Shown here: positions 1 through 11,067 of the stretch, piece after piece | Layout: every line of letters begins with the position of its first letter | Position numbering within the stretch: position 1 is the first letter of the stretch | Virus record (IMG/VR): IMGVR_UViG_3300027503_000002 | From: a virus | Direction: 5' to 3' (one strand) | DNA length: 64,000 nt | Made by a program: the position numbers and the translations under genes | The notes under the pieces: model-generated | What the model saw: only the letters and a program-made list of their open reading frames with translations | Database searches by the model: none | Told to the model about the DNA's origin: nothing

Positions 1-3000
1 GATCAAATGGCACAAGTGGCAGCAGCGGCAGCAGTGGCAGCAGCGGTACAAGTGGAGTTAACGGCACTAGTGGCACTGATGGCACTAGCGGAATAAACGG
101 AACTAGCGGCTCAAGTGGTTCAAGTGGAACAACTGGAACTAGTGGCTCTAGCGGTACCGATGGTACTAGCGGCGTTGATGGAACTAGTGGATCTAGTGGT
201 AGTAGCGGTTCTAGTGGCAGCAGCGGCATCAATGGAACTAGCGGCACTACGGGAACAAGCGGTAGCAGTGGCACAGCCGGAACAGATGGAACTAGTGGCT
301 CTAGTGGAACATCTGGCATAAACGGAACAAGTGGATCTAGTGGCGTTAACGGTACTAGTGGATCAAGTGGCATAACTGGAACTAGCGGGACTAATGGAAC
401 TAGTGGGAGCAGCGGCAGCAGCGGTGCAGATGGAACTAGTGGCGTTAATGGAGCCAATGGTTCATCTGGCACAAGTGGTGTAAATGGCTCTAATGGCACA
501 AGTGGTGCAGCGGGCACAAGCGGCAGCAGTGGTACTAGTGGTGCTACAGGTTCTTCTGGCGCAAGTGGTAGTAGCGGTACAAGCGGTACAGCCGGAACAA
601 GTGGTAGCAGCGGTACTGATGGTGTCGCAGGCGCTAGTGGAACCAGTGGCTCTAGCGGAACAAGTGGCGCGACTGGATCTTCTGGCGCGAGCGGAACCAG
701 TGGCACTAGCGGAGCCAACGGCGCTAATGGTTCTAGCGGAACTAGTGGCCAAACTGGCACAAGCGGCACAAGCGGTAACAGCCTTGCGGTTTCCGGTACT
801 CCAACCTATCTAGCTAAATTTACTACAACAGGAACAATTGGCGACAGCATTGCTTATGAATCTGGCAGTTTAATCACTGTTTCTGGTTCAGTAAAAACAA
901 ATGAATTAATATTCAATACTGGTTACGCCGACCCCGTTGGTGTTGGCGAAATGAACTGGAATGATGGTCGTGGCACAGTTAGCCTTGGCCTTCTTGGTGG
1001 TAATGTTGATCTCGATCTTGGTCAGCAAATGTTTGAGCGAGTCACCAATCAAACAACTGGTACTCTTTCCAAGGGCACTGTTGTTTATGTTTCCGGCGCC
1101 CAAGGAAATAAAATCATTGTTCAAAAATCTTACGCTGGTAGCGAAATGGGCTCCACAAAAACATTCGGCCTTATGGCTGAAGATGTTGCTGTTGGTGCCG
1201 ATGGCTACGTTATCATCAACGGACTTCTCAAGGGAATAAACACAACTGGTATTCCAGAGGGCGCTTCTCTCTGGCTGTCGCCAACAATTTCCGGCGCTTA
1301 TCAAACTGGAATTCCAATCGCGCCAGATCACGGCGTCTTTCTTGGCTACGTCGTGCGCGCGCATCAGAGCGCGGGCGAGATCCTTGTTAAAGTTCAAAAT
1401 GGTTATGAATTGCAAGAGTTGCACAACGTTCGCCTGATTGGTGTTCAGGACAACGATATGCTGTCCTATCATTCGGCTTCTGGTGTTTGGTTTAATACAA
1501 ACACTCTTGAGCTTAATGGCACTGGTCAGCATTTTATTTCTGGCAGCTTGGACATTTTCAGGACATTCTACGCCGAATCTATCGAGCGCAACGTTGATGT
1601 AAAAACTACAGGTTATGTTGTCACAACTCTTGATGACGTTATCGTTGGTAATTCCTCTTCGCCAATTACTGTCACACTGATTTCCGCCTCGGCTAATAGC
1701 GGCAGACAGTATACGATAAAAAATAAAGGCACTGGAACTCTAACAATCGACGCCACTTCTCTTGGTCAAATTGATGGCGCCAATACTTACGTTTTAGATC
1801 AGTACGAAGCAGTTACTGTAATTAGCGACGGATCAACTTGGAACGTGGCTGTTGGTGGAACTTCTGGCTCATCTGGTACAAGCGGTACTGCTGGCTCGTC
1901 TGGATCAAGTGGTACTTCTGGTACAACTGGCACTTCTGGTTCTTCAGGCACGAATGGCTCCAATGGTACTAGCGGTGTTAATGGTACGAGCGGAACAACT
2001 GGTACTAGCGGCTCATCAGGTACTAGTGGTGCAAATGGCGCTAACGGCACCAGCGGTACAACTGGCACTAGCGGTACAGCAGGCACCAGCGGCGCGAACG
2101 GTGCTAATGGCACAAGCGGTGTCAATGGTACTAGCGGTACGACCGGCACTAGCGGCACCAGCGGAGCAAATGGCGCCAACGGTACTAGTGGTGTAAACGG
2201 TACAAGCGGGATTAATGGCACAAGCGGCACAGCTGGTACCAGCGGAGCAAACGGCGCTGTTGGCACTAGCGGTACAACAGGCACAAGTGGCACTAGTGGC
2301 ACCAGCCCACTAGTTGGATGGTCGGTAAAAACATCTAGCTATACAGCGGTAAACGGTGATCGCCTTCTCGCTGACACTTCAGCTGGAGCATTTACTATTA
2401 CTTTGCCAGCTTCTCCATCTGCTGGTCATTATGTAGAATTTAATGATCCAGAAGAAACTTGGCCGATAAATAATCTGACAATTGCAAGAAATGGTTCTAG
2501 AATCGATAGCTTGCTTGAAGATCTTGTATGTAATATTTCAGCTACAATCGGCTTAACTTATATTGATGCGACAATTGGTTGGAAAATCGATGTTATTTCT
2601 GAAATCGGTGGCACTCAAGGAACTAGTGGTAGCAGTGGCATTAATGGTACCAGTGGTATCAATGGCACTAGCGGTACAAATGGGACTAGCGGAACTACTG
2701 GTACTAGTGGTACTACCGGAACTAGTGGAATTAATGGCACAAGTGGTGTTAATGGTACGAGCGGAGTCAATGGAACAAGTGGCACAACTGGTACTAGCGG
2801 CATTAACGGAACCAGTGGTACTACTGGCACTAGCGGTACAGCAGGCACTAGCGGCGCAAATGGCGCTAACGGCACTAGCGGCGTCAATGGCACTAGCGGT
2901 ACAACGGGTACAAGTGGCACTAGCGGTGCAAATGGCACCAGTGGCACGACAGGTACTAGCGGCGCAAATGGCGCTAATGGTACAAGTGGAGTTAACGGAA

Positions 3001-4385
3001 CTAGTGGCGTTAATGGCGCAGCTGGGACAAGTGGTACAGCTGGTACTAGCGGTGCAAATGGTGCTGCTGGCACTAGTGGGACAACAGGTACTAGCGGTAC
3101 AAGCGGAACTAGCCCACTTGTTGGCTGGACGGTAAAAACCTCAAATTACACCGCAGTTAATGGTGATCGTATTCTTGCAGACACTTCTGCTGGCGCTTTT
3201 ACGATTACCCTACCAGCTACTCCATCTGCTGGTAACTATGTTGAAATTAATGATTTTAAAGAAACTTGGCCAACTAATAATTTAACTGTAGCTAGAAATG
3301 GATCGAGAATCGAAAGCTTGTTAGAAGACTTAACTTGTAATTTCTCTGCTCTTCTAGGATTTACTTATATCGATGCTACAATCGGCTGGAAAGTAGACTT
3401 TATCGCTGAACTTGGCGGAACACAGGGCACTAGTGGTACCAGTGGCGCAAATGGCACAAGTGGCGTAAGTGGAACAAGCGGCACAAATGGCACAAGCGGA
3501 AGCAGTGGTGCTAGCGGTACTAGTGGCGTTAACGGTACCAGCGGTGTAAATGGAACAAGTGGTACCAGTGGCGCAAATGGCACAAGCGGTGTAAACGGAA
3601 CGAGCGGCGTCAATGGAACTTCTGGTACAAGCGGTGCTAATGGCGCTGCTGGAACCAGCGGTGTTAATGGAACGAGTGGTACTAGCGGCGCGAACGGTGC
3701 TAATGGCACTAGCGGTATAAATGGTACTTCTGGCACCACTGGCACTAGCGGCACAAGTGGAGCTAATGGTGCAGCTGGTGCTAACGGAACTAGCGGAACT
3801 ACAGGAACAAGTGGTACAAGCGGCGCTAATGGCGCAGCGGGTGCAGCGGGTACCAGTGGCACAACTGGCACTAGCGGTACAAGTGGTGCTAACGGTGCGG
3901 CAGGCACAAGTGGCACAAGTGGCGCTGGAACTATTTCTGGCACTACCAATACAATTGCTAAATTTACTTCTTCAACTGCCGTTGGCAATTCTTCTATTAC
4001 TGACACTGGATCGCTTGTAACAATCGGCGTTAATACCACAATCAACGGCCATATGGCCGCGCAGACCAAGGCGTTCCTTATTGACCACCCCACAAAGAGC
4101 GGAATGAAGTTGCAGTACGCCTGCTTGGAAGGCCCAGAAAACGGCGTGTACGTGCGCGGGCGCGGGCGCGGGGGCGTGATCTCACTGCCCGATTACTGGG
4201 TCGCGCTGGTTGATCCTCAGTCTATCACTGTTCAACTCACTCCGTTTGGCTATCAGCAAAACCTTTATGTTGAAAAAATTGAAGGCAACTTTATTTATAT
4301 ATCGTCAGACTCGCCCGATCTGGATTATTTTTATATAGTCTACGCCGAGCGTGTTGATGTAGAGAAACTTAAAGTGGAGTTTTAA
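1..4385 (+). CDS. 5'-truncated Gly-X-Y (GTS/GAN/GVN) repeat virion fibre protein with globular domains
   Basis: The frame from nt 3 (SNGTSGSSG...) reads without stops into the 951 ORF, so the true start lies upstream of the window. It has Gly-X-Y tracts, two copies of a ~100-aa [13 protein letters not shown] domain and a C-terminal KAFLIDHP...[12 protein letters not shown] domain. Confidence 0.8.
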   Translation, partial: SNGTSGSSGSSGSSGTSGVNGTSGTDGTSGINGTSGSSGSSGTTGTSGSSGTDGTSGVDGTSGSSGSSGSSGSSGINGTSGTTGTSGSSGTAGTDGTSGSSGTSGINGTSGSSGVNGTSGSSGITGTSGTNGTSGSSGSSGADGTSGVNGANGSSGTSGVNGSNGTSGAAGTSGSSGTSGATGSSGASGSSGTSGTAGTSGSSGTDGVAGASGTSGSSGTSGATGSSGASGTSGTSGANGANGSSGTSGQTGTSGTSGNSLAVSGTPTYLAKFTTTGTIGDSIAYESGSLITVSGSVKTNELIFNTGYADPVGVGEMNWNDGRGTVSLGLLGGNVDLDLGQQMFERVTNQTTGTLSKGTVVYVSGAQGNKIIVQKSYAGSEMGSTKTFGLMAEDVAVGADGYVIINGLLKGINTTGIPEGASLWLSPTISGAYQTGIPIAPDHGVFLGYVVRAHQSAGEILVKVQNGYELQELHNVRLIGVQDNDMLSYHSASGVWFNTNTLELNGTGQHFISGSLDIFRTFYAESIERNVDVKTTGYVVTTLDDVIVGNSSSPITVTLISASANSGRQYTIKNKGTGTLTIDATSLGQIDGANTYVLDQYEAVTVISDGSTWNVAVGGTSGSSGTSGTAGSSGSSGTSGTTGTSGSSGTNGSNGTSGVNGTSGTTGTSGSSGTSGANGANGTSGTTGTSGTAGTSGANGANGTSGVNGTSGTTGTSGTSGANGANGTSGVNGTSGINGTSGTAGTSGANGAVGTSGTTGTSGTSGTSPLVGWSVKTSSYTAVNGDRLLADTSAGAFTITLPASPSAGHYVEFNDPEETWPINNLTIARNGSRIDSLLEDLVCNISATIGLTYIDATIGWKIDVISEIGGTQGTSGSSGINGTSGINGTSGTNGTSGTTGTSGTTGTSGINGTSGVNGTSGVNGTSGTTGTSGINGTSGTTGTSGTAGTSGANGANGTSGVNGTSGTTGTSGTSGANGTSGTTGTSGANGANGTSGVNGTSGVNGAAGTSGTAGTSGANGAAGTSGTTGTSGTSGTSPLVGWTVKTSNYTAVNGDRILADTSAGAFTITLPATPSAGNYVEINDFKETWPTNNLTVARNGSRIESLLEDLTCNFSALLGFTYIDATIGWKVDFIAELGGTQGTSGTSGANGTSGVSGTSGTNGTSGSSGASGTSGVNGTSGVNGTSGTSGANGTSGVNGTSGVNGTSGTSGANGAAGTSGVNGTSGTSGANGANGTSGINGTSGTTGTSGTSGANGAAGANGTSGTTGTSGTSGANGAAGAAGTSGTTGTSGTSGANGAAGTSGTSGAGTISGTTNTIAKFTSSTAVGNSSITDTGSLVTIGVNTTINGHMAAQTKAFLIDHPTKSGMKLQYACLEGPENGVYVRGRGRGGVISLPDYWVALVDPQSITVQLTPFGYQQNLYVEKIEGNFIYISSDSPDLDYFYIVYAERVDVEKLKVEF
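2301..3427 (+). repeat. Two near-identical ~100-aa tail-fibre-type domains (about 2301-2620 and 3108-3427)
   Basis: [42 protein letters not shown]...YIDATIGWK occurs twice. Confidence 0.85.
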
Positions 4386-4386
4386 T

Positions 4387-5019
4387 ATGCCGAATAATTA
4401 TGGGCCAAGGATAGTTACAGATGGGTTAGTGCTGTGCTTGGATGCGGGGAACTCAAAAAGCTATCCGGGTAGCGGGACAGCTTGGAATGATTTAAGTCGA
4501 AATGGAAACAATGGAACTTTGAATGGACCAACGTTTAATAGCGCAGATAGGGGAAGTATTGTGTTTGATGGCACTAATGATTATGTTTCAACTAATTATA
4601 CTCAACCCGCATATACTACAGCTTCGTCATTTACTTGGAACACTTGGGTAAAACCAACAAGAAATAGCAGCGCCGACATCATAATGGGTTGTAGACAAGG
4701 GGATTTTACAAAACTTACTACAAGTAATATGGAATATTTTCCAACAATTTTTGGTGGAGCAATGCCCATCGGGTCTTGGATAAACGTATGCGTCGTTAAA
4801 AATGGCACAAGTTTGTCTTATTACAGAAATGGAGTTTTGATTGCAAGCACCACAAGTTCCACCACAAAAAATTCCGCTTTATTTTTTGTTGGAGGTGACA
4901 ATTTGGCTGGAGAGTATGGGGCTTTTAGCGTAGCAGTTGCTCAAGTGTATGGTAGAGCATTGTCGCCATCAGAAATCCTTCAAAACTACAATGCCATCAA
5001 AGGCCGATTTAAACTTTAA
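4387..5019 (+). CDS. LamG/concanavalin A-like lectin domain protein (paralog 1)
   Basis: DGLVLCLDAGN N-terminus, FDGTNDYV, YGRALSPSEILQNYNA C-terminus. Confidence 0.8.
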   Translation: MPNNYGPRIVTDGLVLCLDAGNSKSYPGSGTAWNDLSRNGNNGTLNGPTFNSADRGSIVFDGTNDYVSTNYTQPAYTTASSFTWNTWVKPTRNSSADIIMGCRQGDFTKLTTSNMEYFPTIFGGAMPIGSWINVCVVKNGTSLSYYRNGVLIASTTSSTTKNSALFFVGGDNLAGEYGAFSVAVAQVYGRALSPSEILQNYNAIKGRFKL

Positions 5020-5022
5020 ACT

Positions 5023-5283
5023 ATGAGTCACCAATTCGAACATCGCGAATACTTAATCATTCCAGTCTCCGAATTAACGAAGGTTAATTTTGATGAAGTT
5101 CTTGAAACTTCTGCCGAAACTGTGCGCAAATCAATCGATCAAGCTAAAACATTTGTGAAGTGGGACGGCGAAGCGCCAGCGTTCGCCGCCACAATCTCTG
5201 GGGCAGAAGGTCCATATACTTACGAGGAAATTTTAGATATCCTGACAGGTGTCGGTTGGACCCAGACTGGAATGCCTATTTAA
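5023..5283 (+). CDS. small hypothetical protein within the LamG cluster
   Basis: 86-aa ORF tightly packed between LamG genes. Confidence 0.65.
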   Translation: MSHQFEHREYLIIPVSELTKVNFDEVLETSAETVRKSIDQAKTFVKWDGEAPAFAATISGAEGPYTYEEILDILTGVGWTQTGMPI

Positions 5284-5284
5284 A

Positions 5285-5956
5285 ATGTACAGCAACGGTC
5301 CAAAAATAGTTACAGATGGCCTTGTGCTATGTTTGGATGCTGGAAACCCGAAAAGCTATTCGGGCAGTGGAACAGCTTGGACAGATATTAGCAGAAATGG
5401 TATAAATGGAACGCTAACAAACGGTCCAACATATAGCAGTGCCAATAATGGAAGCATCATATTTGATGGTGTTGATGACTATGTTATATTTAGTGGTACA
5501 ATCGTGACATCCACCGCCACTTTTTTGATTTGGATATATAGAAATGGAGATCAAGCACAATATGATGGCGTGTTTCTTTCCAGAGGAACAAACGTGACTG
5601 GGTTAAACTTTTTTAGCAGCAACCAGATTGGCTATCATTGGAATGATAACGCAAATACTTATAATTGGGCCAGCGGTTTGATCGTGCCGAATTTGCAATG
5701 GTCTCTTTGTGCGGTTTCTGTGGGAGCAACTTCAGCAACCGCATATCTATGTCAGCAAACTGGAATAACTTCCGCCGTTAACAATGTGAGTCACGCATCA
5801 ACCACTTTAAACAATATACAAATGGGGCGAGATAGTGGTTTTGGTAACAGATTTTTTGCGGGAAACATAGCAGTTGCTCAAATATATAACAGAGCATTGT
5901 CCCGCGCTGAAATAATTCAAAACTACAACGCCACCAAAGGAAGGTTCAAGCTATGA
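5285..5956 (+). CDS. LamG/concanavalin A-like lectin domain protein (paralog 2)
   Basis: ATG at 5285 (MYSNGPKIVTDGLVLCLDAGN) aligns with the paralog starts; YNRALSRAEIIQNYNA. Confidence 0.8.
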   Translation: MYSNGPKIVTDGLVLCLDAGNPKSYSGSGTAWTDISRNGINGTLTNGPTYSSANNGSIIFDGVDDYVIFSGTIVTSTATFLIWIYRNGDQAQYDGVFLSRGTNVTGLNFFSSNQIGYHWNDNANTYNWASGLIVPNLQWSLCAVSVGATSATAYLCQQTGITSAVNNVSHASTTLNNIQMGRDSGFGNRFFAGNIAVAQIYNRALSRAEIIQNYNATKGRFKL

Positions 5957-6648
5957 GTGTCTCCGGGGGTCCAGATATAGTTGAAAATGGTTTAGTTTTA
6001 TGTTTGGATGCGGGGAACACAAAGAGTTACCCCGGTTCTGGGACAGTTTGGACTGATTTGAGTAGGAATGGAAATAATGTCACTCTAATAAATGGACCAA
6101 CATTTAGCAGTGCAAATGGGGGTATTATTGCATTTGACGGAAGCAATGATTATGGCTCATGCGCAATAAGTTTATCTAGTTCTAATATGACTATAGAAAT
6201 GGCATTTAGGCAAAATAGCGGGGGTCAAAGCTGGGTTGATTTTGCAGTTTTAGACGATGGAACAAATAACCTTTTGTTAGAGTATGGAGGATTTAACGGA
6301 GTACCAAATACAAACGGCCATTTAAGATATTATGGAAGTGCTATTAATGGAGCAGCAAGCGATGCATTAGCTTCAGCTTCTCAATTTCCGGCGGATGGGA
6401 AAATACATGTTTTGGGATTATCAGTTACTTCTTCTACTGCAACTTCTTATTTTGACGGCGTCTTACAAGGAACAGCTTCATTTAGTCCGACAATAAATTT
6501 TACAAGATTAGTGCTTGCAAATGATTTATTAAGAACAAGCAGAAATTGCGCTTGTAATATATATTATGCGAAACTGTATAATCGTGGATTATCTAGCAGC
6601 GAAATCCGTCAAAACTACAACGCCACAAAAGGTCGCTTTCGACTCTAA
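5953..6648 (+). CDS. LamG/concanavalin A-like lectin domain protein (paralog 3)
   Basis: Same N- and C-terminal motifs; ATGA overlap with the previous gene. Confidence 0.8.
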   Translation: MSVSGGPDIVENGLVLCLDAGNTKSYPGSGTVWTDLSRNGNNVTLINGPTFSSANGGIIAFDGSNDYGSCAISLSSSNMTIEMAFRQNSGGQSWVDFAVLDDGTNNLLLEYGGFNGVPNTNGHLRYYGSAINGAASDALASASQFPADGKIHVLGLSVTSSTATSYFDGVLQGTASFSPTINFTRLVLANDLLRTSRNCACNIYYAKLYNRGLSSSEIRQNYNATKGRFRL

Positions 6649-6653
6649 TTCCA

Positions 6654-6660
6654 GTGTAAA
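6654..6660 (+). promoter_or_regulatory. putative late promoter element GTGTAAA
   Basis: Recurrent RTGTAAA motif, 8 nt upstream of ATG 6669. Confidence 0.5.
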
Positions 6661-6668
6661 TTATAAAA

Positions 6669-7583
6669 ATGCCTAATATTTTAATCAACCCTAATTCTGG
6701 CATCCTAGAGTTCAATACTGGAACTACAGGTTCTTCGTCTTTAGACGCTTCTCTAAGTGGCGCAGTAAGACTTGCCTTTTCTAATAGCGGCACGCTTGGA
6801 GTTCAAAGTTTTTCTACTGGAACAGTTGATAAGTTTTTCGTTGAGGGCATAAACGGACGCTTATTTGGTGTTGACGATGTAATGACTGGCTCACTTATGA
6901 GCGTTAACGACATTGCGGGCCTGCCAATTTTGGAAGTATTTAGTGATGATAGGGTTGTGATGGGACAATACGCCTCAAATACCTTGCACGTTTCGGGTGA
7001 CTGGGCTGCTGTAAAGGCGCTGCCAATCAGCGGCATTTCTCTTAATGTTTCTGGCGTCAGCAGATTTAACACAACTGGATTAGTAATTTCAGGCGATTCG
7101 ATTTCAGCCAGTGGTAAATTCTCACTTTCTTCAGGTACAACGGGCAGGGCTACATTTAATATTCCGCACGGCATTGCACCAACCTCTCCAGTTGATGGCG
7201 ACATTTGGACGACAACTTCTGGAATGTACGTAAGGGTTAGCGGCTCAACAGTAGGGCCGCTGGGACCACAATTCTTTTTAGTTTCTGGTTTTACTGGCAC
7301 TGGTCTTACGCTAGAGCGCGGGCATGCGGGCGATTATATCAGAACCACTGCCGCAACAGCAGTAACCGTTACTGTGCCGCCAACATCAGTCGTCGCTTGG
7401 CCAACTGACTGCGAAATTATGCTGGAGCAAGCTGGCGCTGGTCAGGTTACTTTTGCCACAGGAACAGGGGTCGTGATTAACACTAGCGAGACTCTCAAAA
7501 CACAGAAACAGTACTCGGTAGTAGCATTAAAAAATGTCTCTGGAGATGTCTGGACATTGTTTGGAGAAAGAGAACTCGTTTAA
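6669..7583 (+). CDS. tail-fibre-like virion protein
   Basis: G/S/T-rich beta content, APTSPVDGDIW motif and a C-terminal TVTVPP...EQAGAGQVTF...WTLFGE domain typical of phage fibres. Confidence 0.6.
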   Translation: MPNILINPNSGILEFNTGTTGSSSLDASLSGAVRLAFSNSGTLGVQSFSTGTVDKFFVEGINGRLFGVDDVMTGSLMSVNDIAGLPILEVFSDDRVVMGQYASNTLHVSGDWAAVKALPISGISLNVSGVSRFNTTGLVISGDSISASGKFSLSSGTTGRATFNIPHGIAPTSPVDGDIWTTTSGMYVRVSGSTVGPLGPQFFLVSGFTGTGLTLERGHAGDYIRTTAATAVTVTVPPTSVVAWPTDCEIMLEQAGAGQVTFATGTGVVINTSETLKTQKQYSVVALKNVSGDVWTLFGERELV

Positions 7584-7598
7584 TATAATATATAAAAT

Positions 7599-8108
7599 AT
7601 GCAAACTTTCCTTTACAATTTAAATACCCAAAAAAGGGAAGGGGAGATCCGAGAGGGGCGATATTTAGTTGATGGCCAACCTGGGATATTGCCAGACTTT
7701 CTTATAGAGCTTGAGATTGAAAAGCGTCCAGATCCATTTTTTGATCCTGCTACTCAAGTCCTTGAAGGGCGATCTTTTGCAGATTTACTTAATTTTAAAT
7801 GGGTTGAAGAAACTTATGTTAGAAATTTAACTCAAGATGAGATTAACGAAAGGTTACCCAAGCCTCCAGATACTTGCACTCCGAGGCAGCTAAGAATAGC
7901 ATTAATACAAACAGGAATATCTCTTTCTACAATAGAAGCACAAATCGATGGAATTTCAGATCCAGTTCAAAGAGAAATTGCCCGTGCGGAATGGGAATAT
8001 GCGTTAGAAATAAAAAAACAACACCCTCTCGTCGGAATGATCGCTTCAACTTTAAATTTAAACGAGCAGCAAGTTAGTGATATATTTGCATTAGCTGTGA
8101 CATTATAA
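7599..8108 (+). CDS. putative tail fibre assembly/accessory protein
   Basis: Follows a fibre gene; TPRQLRIAL...EWEYA...IFALA pattern. Confidence 0.5.
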   Translation: MQTFLYNLNTQKREGEIREGRYLVDGQPGILPDFLIELEIEKRPDPFFDPATQVLEGRSFADLLNFKWVEETYVRNLTQDEINERLPKPPDTCTPRQLRIALIQTGISLSTIEAQIDGISDPVQREIARAEWEYALEIKKQHPLVGMIASTLNLNEQQVSDIFALAVTL

Positions 8109-8116
8109 AGTGAAGT

Positions 8117-10321
8117 ATGAGCTTATCGTTCTCGACGCCATTAAGAAGAAATAAACCTAGAAGAAATGCTTTTATTATTTCTGCTGGAAGCTCCTCTTCT
8201 TTCGCTATTGATAAAAACGGTAAAACATGGGGATGGGGAGACAATACTAATGGAAAATTAGGAAATAATACGACAACAGAGCGCACTACACCAACAAGTA
8301 TTGCGGGAAGTGTTAAAACATTTTGTCAAATAGACAATGGATCGACCTTCTGTTCTGCTATTGATAAAAATGGTTTAGTTTGGGGATGGGGTTATGGAAA
8401 TTATGGACAATTAGGAAATGGAACTACTACAGGTGCAATGTTAACTCCCGTCAGTGTTACTGGAGTACGTAAGACATTTTGCAAAGTTGCTGTAGGGCAA
8501 AACCATGTAATTGCAATAGATCAGTACGGAAGAGCGTGGGCATGGGGAATAAATCAATATGGACAATTGGGAGATAATACTACAGTCAGCAAACGAACGC
8601 CGATAAGTGTACTTGGAGCAGTTAAAACTTTTTGTTCTTTAGCCGCAACTGCGGTTTTGGGCTCATCTTTAGCTATAGATAAAAATGGTCGGGTTTGGGG
8701 TTGGGGATATAATGGACGAGGACAGCTAGGCAGTAATTCAGTTTCCCAGCAAAATACTCCAGTTGCTATAGCTGGAGTGCTCAAAACTTTTTGTAAAATT
8801 GCTATGGGAAATGCGCACACTATTGCAATAGATAAAAATGGAAGACTTTGGGGATGGGGCTATAACAGGTATGGACAGTTGGGAAATAATGGAACTGGGA
8901 GCCAAAGAACTCCTGTTAGTATTCTGGGTGCAGTAAAAACTTTTTGTCATATAAATAATGGATATGATGTTTCTTATGCACTTGATAAGAACGGTAGAGC
9001 GTGGGCATGGGGAAATAACTCTGGAGGCGTCCTTGGAGATGGAAGCCTAATAGATAGATTTACTCCAGTTAGTGTCGCGGGAACTATTAAAACATTTTGT
9101 CAAATATCAGGAGGGATAGCTCATGCTATTGCTGTTGATAAAAATGGTAGATCTTGGGGGTGGGGGCAAAATGATATTGGTCCATTAGGAATCGGCTCAT
9201 TTCCGTTTAAATGCACTCCAGCAGCTATAGCAGGATCTATAAAAACTTTTTGTGAAATATACTCTGATTCTCATGTGGCGGCAATAGATAAAAATGGCAG
9301 GATTTGGGGATGGGGTATAAATGCTCAATATGGAACTCTTGGAGATGGCACTACCGTAATAATGAGAAAAACTCCAGTAAGTTTAGCGGGAGCTGTTAAA
9401 ACATTTTGTAAAATAATAACTTCTGCTGGAGGCGTCCATACACTCGCTATTGATAAAAATGGCCGAGCTTGGGGATGGGGATGGAATGGATATTTGCAAC
9501 TTGGAGACGGAACTAGCTCCAATCGCTGCACTCCAGTAAGCGTTGCTGGAGCAGTTAAAACATTTTGTGAAATTGGTGCGGGCAGAGGTCAAGGTTCAGC
9601 CATAGATAAAAATGGTCAAGTATGGATGTGGGGACTTAATAACACTAATCAGCTTGGCAATGGAACTTTTTCAAATTCTGCTACGCCGGTTAAAATTGGA
9701 GGTTTAGTTAAAACATTTTGTAAAATATCTACAGGTGAAAATTGGACCCTCGCAATTGAAAAGAATGGTCAAGTTTGGGCTTGGGGAAGAAATGCAAATA
9801 ATCAAACTGGAACAGGTGGTGGTGTAAATATAGCAACTCCAACAAAGATTATCGGTCTTGCAAAAACATTTTGCAAAGTAGAAGCTGCAAGAATTCATTC
9901 TATGGCTATTGATAAAAATGGCCGAGCTTGGGGATGGGGCGATAATGGATATGGAAAAATTGGAGATAATACTGTAACCTTTAGAACATCGCCAGTAAGT
10001 GTCGCCGGTGCGGTAAAAACTTTTTGCCATATAAGTGCTGGACCTAATCATACACTTGCTATTGATAAAAATGGAAGAGCATGGGCATGGGGCTTCAATC
10101 ATCGCGGTCAATTAGGCGACAACAGCAGAACTAGCCGAAGAACTCCTGTTAGTGTTGCTGGAGCAATTAAAACATTCTGCAAAATAAACTCTGGATCTAA
10201 TAATTCAATAGCTATTGATAAAAATGGAAAAGTCTGGGCTTGGGGAGATAATCCATTTGGAAGCAACGGGGATAACACTTCAGCTTTATCAGAAACTCCT
10301 GTGCAAATTTGTAGTATTTAA
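8117..10321 (+). CDS. RCC1/BLIP-II repeat protein, 14 repeats (two 7-bladed propellers)
   Basis: 14 copies of AIDKNGxxWxWGxNxxGQLG...TPV...KTFC. Confidence 0.9.
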   Translation: MSLSFSTPLRRNKPRRNAFIISAGSSSSFAIDKNGKTWGWGDNTNGKLGNNTTTERTTPTSIAGSVKTFCQIDNGSTFCSAIDKNGLVWGWGYGNYGQLGNGTTTGAMLTPVSVTGVRKTFCKVAVGQNHVIAIDQYGRAWAWGINQYGQLGDNTTVSKRTPISVLGAVKTFCSLAATAVLGSSLAIDKNGRVWGWGYNGRGQLGSNSVSQQNTPVAIAGVLKTFCKIAMGNAHTIAIDKNGRLWGWGYNRYGQLGNNGTGSQRTPVSILGAVKTFCHINNGYDVSYALDKNGRAWAWGNNSGGVLGDGSLIDRFTPVSVAGTIKTFCQISGGIAHAIAVDKNGRSWGWGQNDIGPLGIGSFPFKCTPAAIAGSIKTFCEIYSDSHVAAIDKNGRIWGWGINAQYGTLGDGTTVIMRKTPVSLAGAVKTFCKIITSAGGVHTLAIDKNGRAWGWGWNGYLQLGDGTSSNRCTPVSVAGAVKTFCEIGAGRGQGSAIDKNGQVWMWGLNNTNQLGNGTFSNSATPVKIGGLVKTFCKISTGENWTLAIEKNGQVWAWGRNANNQTGTGGGVNIATPTKIIGLAKTFCKVEAARIHSMAIDKNGRAWGWGDNGYGKIGDNTVTFRTSPVSVAGAVKTFCHISAGPNHTLAIDKNGRAWAWGFNHRGQLGDNSRTSRRTPVSVAGAIKTFCKINSGSNNSIAIDKNGKVWAWGDNPFGSNGDNTSALSETPVQICSI

Positions 10322-10323
10322 TT

Positions 10324-11067
10324 ATGACTAAACCAGTTCTTGTTATAACTCACGAACGCTCTGGCACACATCTTGTTATCAATTCGATAAACTACGAAAA
10401 AAAAGGTGAATTTTTGACCGTTGGTTATACGCCAAATAATATAGATTTTAATTTAAAAGGCTATAAGCATATAACTTATAAGGATATTATGTGCAATGCC
10501 TGTTTCTTGGACTCGGTTAATAAATCTCATCACCAAGTAGAGTTTATGAAGGATTATTTAGATTTTTTATTTAGCAAGTATAGGGTTATTTACGTTAAGC
10601 GCGATATCAAGGATGTATTAAATAGCTATTATAAATTTATCCCAAAGCCAGAACAAAAAGATTTTCCAGTGTTTGAAGAATGGGTGTTTTCCAAGCCTGA
10701 TGATATTGGCAGAAAGTTTCTACAGCCTTATGCACCTGATCCACATATAATTATTGAACCAGAAAATTATATTCATCGATGGTTCTTGCATACCAGCGGC
10801 TGGCTCAAGCACAAAGATAAAATGCTTGTAGTTAATTATGAGGATATGCTTACAGATTACCAGCATCAAAAACAAAGAATTGAAAGCTGGATTGAAAAAA
10901 AGATTGCGGATAAGATCCCAGATGTTCACGACAAGTCTTTACCAAACTTCGGCCCCGTCAAAGGAAAGATCGGCGGACATAAGGAAGTTATGTCAGAAAA
11001 ATTAGCCGCGAAGATTGAAGATTTGCTGTCTCTTTATAATATTAAAGAGACGAATGAAAAAGGATAA
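10324..11067 (+). CDS. sulfotransferase domain protein
   Basis: THERSGTH (5'-PSB loop), IYVKRDIKDVLNSYY (3'-PB), YEDM, KGKIGGHK. Confidence 0.75.
   Translation: MTKPVLVITHERSGTHLVINSINYEKKGEFLTVGYTPNNIDFNLKGYKHITYKDIMCNACFLDSVNKSHHQVEFMKDYLDFLFSKYRVIYVKRDIKDVLNSYYKFIPKPEQKDFPVFEEWVFSKPDDIGRKFLQPYAPDPHIIIEPENYIHRWFLHTSGWLKHKDKMLVVNYEDMLTDYQHQKQRIESWIEKKIADKIPDVHDKSLPNFGPVKGKIGGHKEVMSEKLAAKIEDLLSLYNIKETNEKG

Noticed and set aside
951-953. ATG 951 as the start of the fibre gene
   Set aside because: The same frame is open from nt 3 with the same repeats, so the real start lies upstream of the window.
1-3930. GGCACTAGCGG-type repeats as a CRISPR array
   Set aside because: They are degenerate, codon-phased 9-nt coding repeats with no fixed repeat-spacer structure.
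115-4093. Many alternative-frame and antisense ORFs rich in PLV/VLV/ALA
   Set aside because: These are shadows of the Gly-X-Y repeat gene; the repeats are simply stop-poor in other frames.
4387-10321. Diversity-generating retroelement acting on LamG or RCC1 genes
   Set aside because: No reverse transcriptase is in the window and no near-identical repeat pair differing only at adenines was seen.
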